Of a stretch of DNA of 43,142 nucleotides, positions 1 to 7,078 are shown piece after piece. The position numbers and the translations under genes were made by a program. This stretch comes from a virus (taxonomy: Duplodnaviria; Caudoviricetes). The stretch is from IMG/VR virus record IMGVR_UViG_3300020016_000017, positions 1 through 43,142 of that record. One strand, written 5' to 3'. Every line of letters starts with the position of its first letter. Within the stretch, counting starts at the first letter, position 1. The notes below the pieces were generated by a model. That model was not told the DNA's origin, searched no databases, and was given only the letters and a program-made list of their open reading frames with translations.

Positions 1-142
1 CGCGGTAGGGCGCCGGCTCGGGCAGCCGGGCGTGCGAGGCAACGGCGGCATTTGCCGTCGTTGCCGTCGTTGCCGCTTGACTTTGCGCCGGCTGGCGCGG
101 CGCGAAGTGGCCGTGCTCGGCGCGGTCGCGCGGCTGCGCGGC
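1..142. repeat. Terminal direct repeat, left copy (circular assembly overlap)
   Basis: 1-142 matches 43001-43142 except at positions 5 (g/a) and 16 (g/t); the scaffold ORF reads through the join in frame. Confidence 0.95.
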
Positions 143-481
143 GCCCTTCTGCGGCACGTCGCCCTTCTGCCCCGGCTGGTCGTCCGGCCGGCGCTTGAGG
201 TCGATCGTCGGCTTCTCGCGGTCGATCGGCTCGGGCGGCTGGTTGTGGCCGATCTTCGGCCGGGCGGCCTCGGGCTTGGGCCGGGTGTCGACCTTGGAGA
301 AGGCGCGCTGGATTGCCTCGCGCCGGCTGGTCGGCGGCGCCTCGGGCTTGGCCGGCGCCTGCGAGCCCACCGGCGCGGGCGCACTGACCGGGTTGGGATT
401 GACCGGGACCTCGGTCTGGCTCGGCTGCGGGGCTGGCTGCGACGGCGGGGCGGTATCGGGAGCGACTGCGGTGTCTGACAT
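1..481 (-). CDS. Capsid scaffolding protein, N-terminal part (continues at 43000..42219; about 420 aa in total)
   Basis: ATG at 481 (MSDTAVAPDTAPPSQPAP...); 481+782 nt = 421 codons, in frame with ORF 42219..42992; Pro/Gln-rich N-terminus; gene lies directly upstream of the major capsid gene. Confidence 0.75.
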   Translation of the reverse strand, partial: MSDTAVAPDTAPPSQPAPQPSQTEVPVNPNPVSAPAPVGSQAPAKPEAPPTSRREAIQRAFSKVDTRPKPEAARPKIGHNQPPEPIDREKPTIDLKRRPDDQPGQKGDVPQKGAAQPRDRAEHGHFAPRQPAQSQAATTATTANAAVASHARLPEPAPYR

Positions 482-565
482 GGCGACGTCCTGCGTGGCC
501 GCGACGAGCGGCGGTTAGGACGAGCCTGTGGAGTGCGCCGGCCGGACCCCCGTCCCGCCGTCAGA

Positions 566-883
566 TCACCGGGCGCGGTGGCCTGCCTTGAACTTCTCCG
601 CCGCCGTACGCAGCGCCTTGCGGCGCGCCTCCTTCACGGCGCGCTGGTCGGTCGAGCGCACCAGCGGCTTTGGCTTCTCGTTGCCGACCTCGATCAGCCC
701 GAGGCTGCGGCCGACCGCGCGGAACTGGCGCTTGGACGTGTAGAACTTACCGTCGACCTGTTCCACGGGGTCCATCGTGTCCGAGATCACGGACGGGCAC
801 GGCAGGCTTGAGCGCGCCACCGGGATGCTGCGCCGGTCCACGCGCCAGCGACCCGGCTCCACTTCGATCAGCCTCACGTCCAT
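566..883 (-). CDS. Phage hypothetical protein (MDVRLIEV...)
   Basis: ORF 566..898 with the better start at ATG 883 after a GCAGGAG RBS; typical codon usage; basic C-terminus. Confidence 0.7.
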   Translation of the reverse strand: MDVRLIEVEPGRWRVDRRSIPVARSSLPCPSVISDTMDPVEQVDGKFYTSKRQFRAVGRSLGLIEVGNEKPKPLVRSTDQRAVKEARRKALRTAAEKFKAGHRAR

Positions 884-1082
884 CGGCAGCTCCTGCAAGC
901 ATCAGCAGCGGCGGTACCACGAAGGTGACGGCGAGCGCCATGCGCGGCGCCACCACCTTGGTCACCGGCGTGCCGCGGCCGTTGGCCGCCTCGGACACCG
1001 GCACGCCCAGACGCGGGAACGTGCCGGTGACGTCGATCACGGGCAGGCCGCCCGCCGCTACGGTAACGACCGGCCATCCCAT
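747..1082 (-). CDS. Small hypothetical protein (Val/Pro/Gly-rich, PVVTV-type repeats); C-terminal extent uncertain
   Basis: ATG with AGGAG RBS just after the preceding stop; three PV(V/I/T)xV segments; last ~45 codons overlap the next gene. Confidence 0.55.
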   Translation of the reverse strand: MGWPVVTVAAGGLPVIDVTGTFPRLGVPVSEAANGRGTPVTKVVAPRMALAVTFVVPPLLMLAGAADGREADRSGAGSLARGPAQHPGGALKPAVPVRDLGHDGPRGTGRR

Positions 1083-1091
1083 GTTGTTCTC

Positions 1092-1313
1092 CTACTTGTC
1101 TGCCGTCGTGGCTGTTGCGGCCGTCACCGCCCACATCGCCGCTTCTTCGTAAGCAGTCTGCGCCAGCGCGGCGCAGCGCCCCTGCTCGGGAAATGGCGAC
1201 TTGTACTGCTCGCAGAGATCGATCAAATCGGCGGTTTTCTGCTTGATCTGATCGACCACGCTATCGCCGGACGGATTGAACGAAGCGCGCACGCGATCTT
1301 GTCCAAGGCTCAT
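1092..1313 (-). CDS. Acb2/Tad1-like helical hairpin protein (putative cyclic-nucleotide sponge, anti-defence)
   Basis: 73 aa, two helices; RCAALAQTAYEEAAMWAV resembles the R..a.A.T..EEA.MW signature of the Tad1/Acb2 hairpin. Confidence 0.55.
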   Translation of the reverse strand: MSLGQDRVRASFNPSGDSVVDQIKQKTADLIDLCEQYKSPFPEQGRCAALAQTAYEEAAMWAVTAATATTADK

Positions 1314-1319
1314 CGCCGG

Positions 1320-2273
1320 TCACCTCTTGCCCTTCTTGACGCGCTTGCTGCTCGGCGTGTCCTTCTTTGGCTTGCGCTGCTGCTCGCGCTTGGTGCTGCC
1401 CGTGCGCGCGACCGCAGTGAACTCGAACGACAGCACGTCGCTCATCTCCTCGCCGCGCGATACTTCGACGTCGACGATCTCCGCCGTCGCCGACACCGGG
1501 CAGTCCGCGGTCAGCTCGGTCGGGGACACGACGACCGTCGGCACGTCCGCGTCGTCGAACACCACCACGCAATTCGGGCCGAAGCCCGAACCGGTGACGG
1601 TGAGCGGGAACGAGCCGGAGCCGACCACCGCGGTGTCGGGGCTGATATCGGTCAGCACCAGCGGCGGCAGGTTCTGCGGGTCCTCCGGGACCTGATTGGG
1701 TCCGTCCGAGCCGGTGAATACGTGCGAGCCGGGAGGCTCGTTGATGCTCAGGAGGCGATCGGCCTCGCCCAAGCCCCCGCCGCCTTCCTTGGCCTGCCGC
1801 TGGCGGTTCTCCGCCTCCTGCACCTGATCGCCCGCGTCCTTGGTGTGATCGAGGCCGAGGCTCGGCCACTGCTCGACCTTCACCTCCGGCTCGGGCGGCG
1901 CCACGCCGGCAATGCTCTCCATGCCGAGCCGCTTGGGGTCGACGATGCCGCCCGGGTCCTTGATCCGCGCGTTCGGTGGCCCGGTCTCCTCGGGCGCCAC
2001 GCTCGGGATCGCCGGGTTGACGTTGTCGCGGGTCTGCTGGCCGTGGTGGCTGGTGTCGTCGAGCCGGTCCTCGGGCTTGGTGCGCTCGATGAAATCGAAC
2101 GGCTTCTCCTCAAGCAGCTCGCGCCGGTCGTCGCCCTCGGCCTTGGGCAACCGCTCGGGCTGGTCGTCCTTGCGCTTGCGGCCGTCGTCGAACGGCCGAT
2201 CCTTGTTGATCTCGGCCTCGCGCTGGCGCTGGCGCTCGTTACGGCCGTCGTCGGGCGTGCGTGGAGTGTTCAT
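1320..2273 (-). CDS. Protein with acidic disordered N-terminus and C-terminal IPT/TIG (Ig-like) domain
   Basis: ATG 2273 overlaps the upstream TGA (ATGA); LTDISPDTAVVGSGSFPLTVTGSGFGPNCVVVFDD...TVVVSPTELTA is an IPT/TIG pattern; 317 aa. Confidence 0.75.
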   Translation of the reverse strand: MNTPRTPDDGRNERQRQREAEINKDRPFDDGRKRKDDQPERLPKAEGDDRRELLEEKPFDFIERTKPEDRLDDTSHHGQQTRDNVNPAIPSVAPEETGPPNARIKDPGGIVDPKRLGMESIAGVAPPEPEVKVEQWPSLGLDHTKDAGDQVQEAENRQRQAKEGGGGLGEADRLLSINEPPGSHVFTGSDGPNQVPEDPQNLPPLVLTDISPDTAVVGSGSFPLTVTGSGFGPNCVVVFDDADVPTVVVSPTELTADCPVSATAEIVDVEVSRGEEMSDVLSFEFTAVARTGSTKREQQRKPKKDTPSSKRVKKGKR

Positions 2274-2983
2274 GTGAACGTCCAATTCGTTGCGTTGCTG
2301 GGGGTACCGCCGACGCCGTTGACGACCGTGACCGGCAGGGTGCCGGCCGTGGCCCGCTTCGGCGCGTTGGTCACCGTCAACGAAGTCGCGCTCACGAAGT
2401 TCGTCGTCTGCGCAACGCCGTTCACAAAGACGACGCTGGAGCGGTTGAAGTTGGTTCCGGTCACGGTCAGCAGCGTGGTGCCGGCGCCGGAGACGTTGCT
2501 CGCGCCGCTCGCCGCCGACGTCGTCGGGGTGCCGGTGCCAACCGTTCCGGTCAGGTAGGAAGCATGGCTGGCGTTCGGCGACAGGGTGTAGGCGCCCAGA
2601 TCCGACACCGCCTGCGTCGGGCACTCGGCGCGCGATCCGGGCGCGGTGACCACCACCTCGGTGCCGGCGCCCTCGTGCGCCACGGACGTGGAGGCCGGGA
2701 CCACGCCGCCGGCCGCGCCGGGATAGCTGTTCTCGGTGCCGCCCGCGGTCGCGCCGGTGCCGGAGGCGAGCGCGGCGGTGTTGGCCGCGAACGCGGTGAG
2801 AGCACCGGCGGTGCCGTCGTCGAAGTAGGGCGGCGGCGCGGAATTGAAGATGTTGTTGTCGAAGTTGTCGGCGTAGGTCGCCTTGGTGAGATTGGGCGGA
2901 TTGGGCGGCGTGGCGCCGGTGAACGACATATTCGTCGGCGGCGTCGGGCTGGGCGGCGTAACCGTCAATGCACTTTGGGCCAT
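2270..2983 (-). CDS. Putative capsid decoration/surface protein with C-terminal IPT/TIG domain
   Basis: Thr/Ala/Gly-rich; LTVTGTNFNRSSVVFVNGVAQTTNFVSATSLTV IPT/TIG motif; GAGGAG RBS. Confidence 0.75.
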   Translation of the reverse strand: MAQSALTVTPPSPTPPTNMSFTGATPPNPPNLTKATYADNFDNNIFNSAPPPYFDDGTAGALTAFAANTAALASGTGATAGGTENSYPGAAGGVVPASTSVAHEGAGTEVVVTAPGSRAECPTQAVSDLGAYTLSPNASHASYLTGTVGTGTPTTSAASGASNVSGAGTTLLTVTGTNFNRSSVVFVNGVAQTTNFVSATSLTVTNAPKRATAGTLPVTVVNGVGGTPSNATNWTFT

Positions 2984-3018
2984 TGTCGTCTCCTCTCGGG
3001 TTGAGTACCATAGTCCCC
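2983..3018 (+). promoter_or_regulatory. Putative sigma70 promoter for a leaderless transcript
   Basis: TTGTCG (2983-2988), 17 nt, TACCAT (3006-3011), 7 nt, ATG (3019); no SD present. Confidence 0.5.
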
Positions 3019-3210
3019 ATGCACGCGCTTGAGCAAACGATCCGCGACCTGATCGCGCGCAAGAACGCCGCCACCGCGGGTTCGGCCACGTATCGCATGG
3101 CCGTGCGCCAGCTGACCGGCCTGCACCGCACCAGCGCCGAGGCGGGGCCGATCATCGAGGAACTCGATCCGCTCGAATGGGGCGGCGTTCATTTCGGATA
3201 CCGCGACTGA
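3019..3210 (+). CDS. Small antisense-oriented protein, 63 aa (candidate immunity protein)
   Basis: MHALEQTIRDLIARK...; fills the gap between two minus-strand genes; own promoter-like sequence; converges on the 552-aa gene. Confidence 0.6.
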   Translation: MHALEQTIRDLIARKNAATAGSATYRMAVRQLTGLHRTSAEAGPIIEELDPLEWGGVHFGYRD

Positions 3211-4847
3211 TCGGCGATCGCGCCCATTCCGACGGCGCCCATCAGCGCGTACATCGGGATTTCACCTTTGATGATCCCGCGCCGCAGTATCTCATCCTTC
3301 GGCATGCCGGTAAGGCGGTGCGTGCGCTCGATGCTCTCGTTGATCGTCTGGATGAACGGCTGTCCCGCCGTGTAGGACGGGTCCTTCATGTTCTTGAAGC
3401 CGGACCAGCCGACGTCCTGATAATTCTGCGGACGCACGCCGACCTTGGCGGCCTCCTCGCCGAGCACCTTCTCGTACAGGCCGTAGGTCCCCGGCGGCGG
3501 CATCATGACCTTGGGCGTCATGCCCGACGTCATCTGCTCGTCCATCGTCGCCGCGCCGCGGTTGCCGGTGAAATTCTGCGAGAAGTTGTGCCGCTTCGGG
3601 TTGGCCGCGCCGAGCGCGGAGAAGCCGCCCTCGTCGAATATCTTCTTGTGCATCGCCATGTTGCCGGAGGCGTAGCGTCCGCCGATCGGGAACGGCATCT
3701 GGTGCGCGGCCTCGGGGTACGGCTTGCCGGTGGCGCGCAGGTAGTTGCCGTAGTGCGCCATCATCCAGTTCGAGGTAGGATCGGCGCCGCCGGTCGTGGC
3801 CGCCATGCTGGTCGCGATGCGATCCTGAAACGCCTTGCGCCCGGCCTGCGGCCCCAGCTCCTTGATGAACTCGTCCTCCAGCTGCTTCATCGCGTACCAG
3901 TCGGTCGTGTTCGGGAGTTGCGTACCGCGCTCGAACGCGGCGCGCAGGCGCGTGCGTGCCTCCTCGCTGCCGATGTTCTCCATGTGCTTGTCGATCGTCG
4001 CCTGCTTCTTCGGGACGATCGTTGTCGTGTCCACGTTCGGCGGGTAGTTGGCCGGATCGACGTGCTGGCGCTGCGCGACGTCGAAGTACGGCTGGTAGCC
4101 GTTCTTCGCCATGTCGTCCGATATTCGCTTGCGCTCCTTCTGGAAGGCTACGGCCTCGGGCGTCAGCTCCTTCGACCAGAACTCCTTCTTGGTCTTGGGG
4201 TCGATCGCCAGCACCGGAGGCCCGACCGGCGGGTACTCCTCGGCGTACTGGCCGAAGCGCGCCGCGACCGGCGGGTTGTTGTGCCCGATGCCCGGCGGCG
4301 TCCAGTTGGCAACATCCGCCACGCCGCCCATCACGGCCTTGCCGCGCGGCACGCGCGGACGACCCGCGGCCTCGGCGGTGTCGGAGCCGAGCACGGCGCC
4401 GGCGGCAGCGGGTATGGCGCGGCCGATCGCGCCGAGGCGCTTGACCGGATTGAGGTAGGTCGCGGCGTCGAACACGTTGTCGGGCGCGAGCGCGTTGCCG
4501 AGCGCATCGGCCATGCGCTGCTGCTCGACCGGGTTCATGCCGGTGATCGGCGAGCGGATGTCGGCCGGGCCTTCGCCCTTCCCGACGAGCGCGCGCGTCA
4601 CGTCGGCGCTGCGCTGGTGCCTCTGCAGCTGCGTCTCGTCCTTGTTCTGCTGCCACCGGGCGCGGTCGTAGGCGTCGAACGGGGCGTAGGTGGTCGGGCT
4701 GTACTGGTCGGTGCCGGCGAGCCCGCCCATGCGATAGGCGCCGGCCGCGCTCGGTTCATCCGGCCAGCGTTCGTGGACCGGCGCCAGCGGGGCGGGCGCC
4801 GGGTCGATCGGCATGCCGGTGAACGGATCGTAGTAGCGATCGGTCAT
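3189..4847 (-). CDS. Putative virion-associated protein with C-terminal enzymatic (HhH-glycosylase-like/DUF7178-like) domain
   Basis: ATG 4847 (MTDRYYDPF) overlaps the upstream stop; 552 aa; low-complexity N-half; C-half has DWY...A.T....P..N, PK.hnF..N..G....T.D..M and Y......AA..G..P..Q...W motifs. Confidence 0.6.
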   Translation of the reverse strand: MTDRYYDPFTGMPIDPAPAPLAPVHERWPDEPSAAGAYRMGGLAGTDQYSPTTYAPFDAYDRARWQQNKDETQLQRHQRSADVTRALVGKGEGPADIRSPITGMNPVEQQRMADALGNALAPDNVFDAATYLNPVKRLGAIGRAIPAAAGAVLGSDTAEAAGRPRVPRGKAVMGGVADVANWTPPGIGHNNPPVAARFGQYAEEYPPVGPPVLAIDPKTKKEFWSKELTPEAVAFQKERKRISDDMAKNGYQPYFDVAQRQHVDPANYPPNVDTTTIVPKKQATIDKHMENIGSEEARTRLRAAFERGTQLPNTTDWYAMKQLEDEFIKELGPQAGRKAFQDRIATSMAATTGGADPTSNWMMAHYGNYLRATGKPYPEAAHQMPFPIGGRYASGNMAMHKKIFDEGGFSALGAANPKRHNFSQNFTGNRGAATMDEQMTSGMTPKVMMPPPGTYGLYEKVLGEEAAKVGVRPQNYQDVGWSGFKNMKDPSYTAGQPFIQTINESIERTHRLTGMPKDEILRRGIIKGEIPMYALMGAVGMGAIADQSRYPK

Positions 4848-5179
4848 TGCTGCGCTCCGATGCCGGATGGAATATTCCACCACTGCTGCAGCGGCTCCTC
4901 GCTCTGCAGCACGCCGAGCGTGCCCTCGCGGCGGATCTGCTCGCGCACCGACGGATGCGGTGTTTGCAGCTGCTGCAGCTGCTGCTCGGCGGCGCGCATG
5001 CGGTCGCCCTTCACGTCGTTGAGCATCGTCTCGGCGCGCTGCACGGCGTCGATCTGGTACTGCTGCGCGAGCGGTGTCGCCGGATCGTAGTGACCGGGCG
5101 GCACCACGTCGGGACGATGCGGCATGCTCCCGCGCATGCGCTCGATGACGGCTTGGGTGATGCGATCGCGCCAGCTCAT
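4844..5179 (-). CDS. Hypothetical protein (N-terminal RDRITQAV motif)
   Basis: 111 aa, translationally coupled on both sides. Confidence 0.7.
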   Translation of the reverse strand: MSWRDRITQAVIERMRGSMPHRPDVVPPGHYDPATPLAQQYQIDAVQRAETMLNDVKGDRMRAAEQQLQQLQTPHPSVREQIRREGTLGVLQSEEPLQQWWNIPSGIGAQQ

Positions 5180-5268
5180 AGCGCACCCACGGCCCAGAAC
5201 ACGATCGCGGCGCAGATCACCGCCAGCGCGAGCAGCGTGTAGATCGCAACGTGATCGCCCTCGATCAC
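5176..5268 (-). CDS. Small single-TM peptide, 30 aa
   Basis: GTGA overlap with the upstream stop and ATGA overlap downstream; VAIYTLLALAVICAAIVFWAVGAL is hydrophobic. Confidence 0.5.
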   Translation of the reverse strand: MIEGDHVAIYTLLALAVICAAIVFWAVGAL

Positions 5269-5621
5269 GGCGCCGCGCTCCCGCTGTTCTGCGCCCACTG
5301 CAGCTGTCGATACTTGCCGTCGTAGAGCGCAGGCGAGTTCGGGACGGACAGATCGGCCTGCGCCGCCGGGTAGGCCGCGGGCTTGTTCGGCCATGACGGC
5401 GTCTCCGATCCGGGGCGCGTATCGTTGTAGGGCGTCACCAGCGAGTACAGGTTCGGGTCGCGCGCCTTCTCCCCGGGGTGCTGCACGGCGCGCATCGAAC
5501 CGCCGGCGATCAGCGAGGCGGCGTCGAGCGGCGGGTACTGCATGGTCCGGCGCGTGTCGCTCATCGCGGCCGGGTCCCATTGCCCCATCAGCGCCTGCGT
5601 AATGCTGTCGCGATCGCTCAC
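5265..5621 (-). CDS. Hypothetical protein (N-terminal RDSITQALM motif)
   Basis: 118 aa, GTG start after a GGGAGG RBS. Confidence 0.7.
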   Translation of the reverse strand: MSDRDSITQALMGQWDPAAMSDTRRTMQYPPLDAASLIAGGSMRAVQHPGEKARDPNLYSLVTPYNDTRPGSETPSWPNKPAAYPAAQADLSVPNSPALYDGKYRQLQWAQNSGSAAP

Positions 5622-5622
5622 G

Positions 5623-6639
5623 TCACAGCCTCCCCGGAATGTAGGCGCGCCGTCCGAAGTTGAGCACGCCGGGCGGCGGGATCAGCGGTGCGCCGCGGTC
5701 GACCTCCAGCGCGGCGACGCTGGTCGCCACCATGATCGCGAGCGGGGTCGTGGTCAAAACAATATCGCCGGACGGCGGCGCCGCGGTGACGATCAGGTCG
5801 GCCGTGGTCGGTGTGACGACGATCGGCAGCGTCATACCGGTGAGGACGATATTGTCCTGCGTCACGCCGACGGTCAGCGTGGCGGTCTTGAAGCTGGCGG
5901 TGACCGGCAGCACCGTGCCGGTCAGGACGAAGGCGTCCGAGATGACCCCGACACGCAGGTCCGCGGTCTTGAAGCTGGCGGTGACCGACAGCGTCGTGGC
6001 GACGATCTGGTTGCCGCTCGACTTGACCAGATTGGCGGTCTTGAAGCTGAGCGTGACCGGCAGCTTGGCCGCGGTCAGCCGCCACGCCGAGCGCAAGGTG
6101 GCGGTCTTGGGCGTGACCGTGACCGACAGCGCGGAGGATGTCAGCCGGCGCCCGGCTGACAACGTGGCGGTCTTGGGGCTGACGGTGACTGACAACTTGG
6201 AAGATGTCAGCCGCCGCCCGGTGAGCAGCGCGGCAGTCTTGGGCGTGACGGTGACCGGCAGCGGCGTGCCGGCGACCCTGCGGCCGGAGCCGATCGACGA
6301 GGTCTTGAACGAGGCCGTGACCGGCAGCGTCGACCCGGTCAGGATATAGCCGCGCCTGATCTTCAGGTCGGCAGTCTTGGGGCTGACCGTGACGCCAAGC
6401 GTCGTGGATGTCAGGCGGAAGTCGCGGTGCGCCGAGAGGCTGGCGGTCTTGAAGCTGACCGTGACCGACAGCGTCGAGCCGGTGAGCCGGTAGTTGCGCT
6501 GGACCCTGAGGTTGGCGCTCTGCAGCGTGACGGTGACCGCGAGCGTCCCGGTGGTCTGCCCGAGCTGGCCGTCCCAGTGCGCCGCGTCCCACTTGCCGCG
6601 GTCCCATCGTTCCGGGACGACTGGCTTGACGAAGGACAT
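5623..6639 (-). CDS. Repeat-rich fibre-like structural protein
   Basis: About 12 copies of (T/K)L.VT.(S/T).KTA.L with a 20-26 aa period; N-terminal WDRGKWDAAHWD. Confidence 0.7.
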   Translation of the reverse strand: MSFVKPVVPERWDRGKWDAAHWDGQLGQTTGTLAVTVTLQSANLRVQRNYRLTGSTLSVTVSFKTASLSAHRDFRLTSTTLGVTVSPKTADLKIRRGYILTGSTLPVTASFKTSSIGSGRRVAGTPLPVTVTPKTAALLTGRRLTSSKLSVTVSPKTATLSAGRRLTSSALSVTVTPKTATLRSAWRLTAAKLPVTLSFKTANLVKSSGNQIVATTLSVTASFKTADLRVGVISDAFVLTGTVLPVTASFKTATLTVGVTQDNIVLTGMTLPIVVTPTTADLIVTAAPPSGDIVLTTTPLAIMVATSVAALEVDRGAPLIPPPGVLNFGRRAYIPGRL

Positions 6640-6648
6640 GCGCGCTCA

Positions 6649-7077
6649 TCACTGGACCGTGAGGAAACCGTTCGTTCCGTCGAAATCGCTGGTGAACGTA
6701 TCGGTGTCGGCGAGCGTCACCGACGCGCCGTTGTCGATCTTGGCGACCACCTTGTTGCCCGCACTCGAATTGTAGACGATGACGTAGCGGAACGGCCCGA
6801 TGCCGCCCGCGGTGGCGGTGAACACGGTGTCGGCCAGCACCAGCTTGAACACCCCCGCCGTCGTCGCCGCGCTGCTGGTGGTGAGCGTATTGCCGCCGGC
6901 GGGGTAGCCGTTGGCCGCCGCGGGCGCGGGCGCCACGGTCGTATTCCAGACGGTGTCGGCGGCACCCGGGGCGGTGTTGGTCAGCGCCGCCTTGAACACG
7001 GCGGTCGCCAAGTTATGGCCGGCCTTGGACAGCTCGTCGATGAAGGCGTCATATTTGACGATCGGTGCGACGGCCAT
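6649..7077 (-). CDS. Phage structural protein (beta-rich, fibre-associated type)
   Basis: 142 aa; FKAAL...NGYPAGG..L...ADTVFTA.G..IGPFRYVIVYN pattern recalled from virion proteins adjacent to fibre genes. Confidence 0.65.
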   Translation of the reverse strand: MAVAPIVKYDAFIDELSKAGHNLATAVFKAALTNTAPGAADTVWNTTVAPAPAAANGYPAGGNTLTTSSAATTAGVFKLVLADTVFTATAGGIGPFRYVIVYNSSAGNKVVAKIDNGASVTLADTDTFTSDFDGTNGFLTVQ

Positions 7078-7078
7078 C

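Noticed and set aside
52-75. 9-bp tandem TTGCCGTCG repeat
   Set aside because: Short coding repeat (Ala-Thr-Thr) in the disordered scaffold linker; no evidence of a separate function.
1320-3155. Upstream-extended starts in the ORF track (611 aa here; similarly 5186, 17347, 35338, 38153, 40017)
   Set aside because: The extensions overlap other genes; internal starts with an RBS or ATGA/GTGA coupling fit better.
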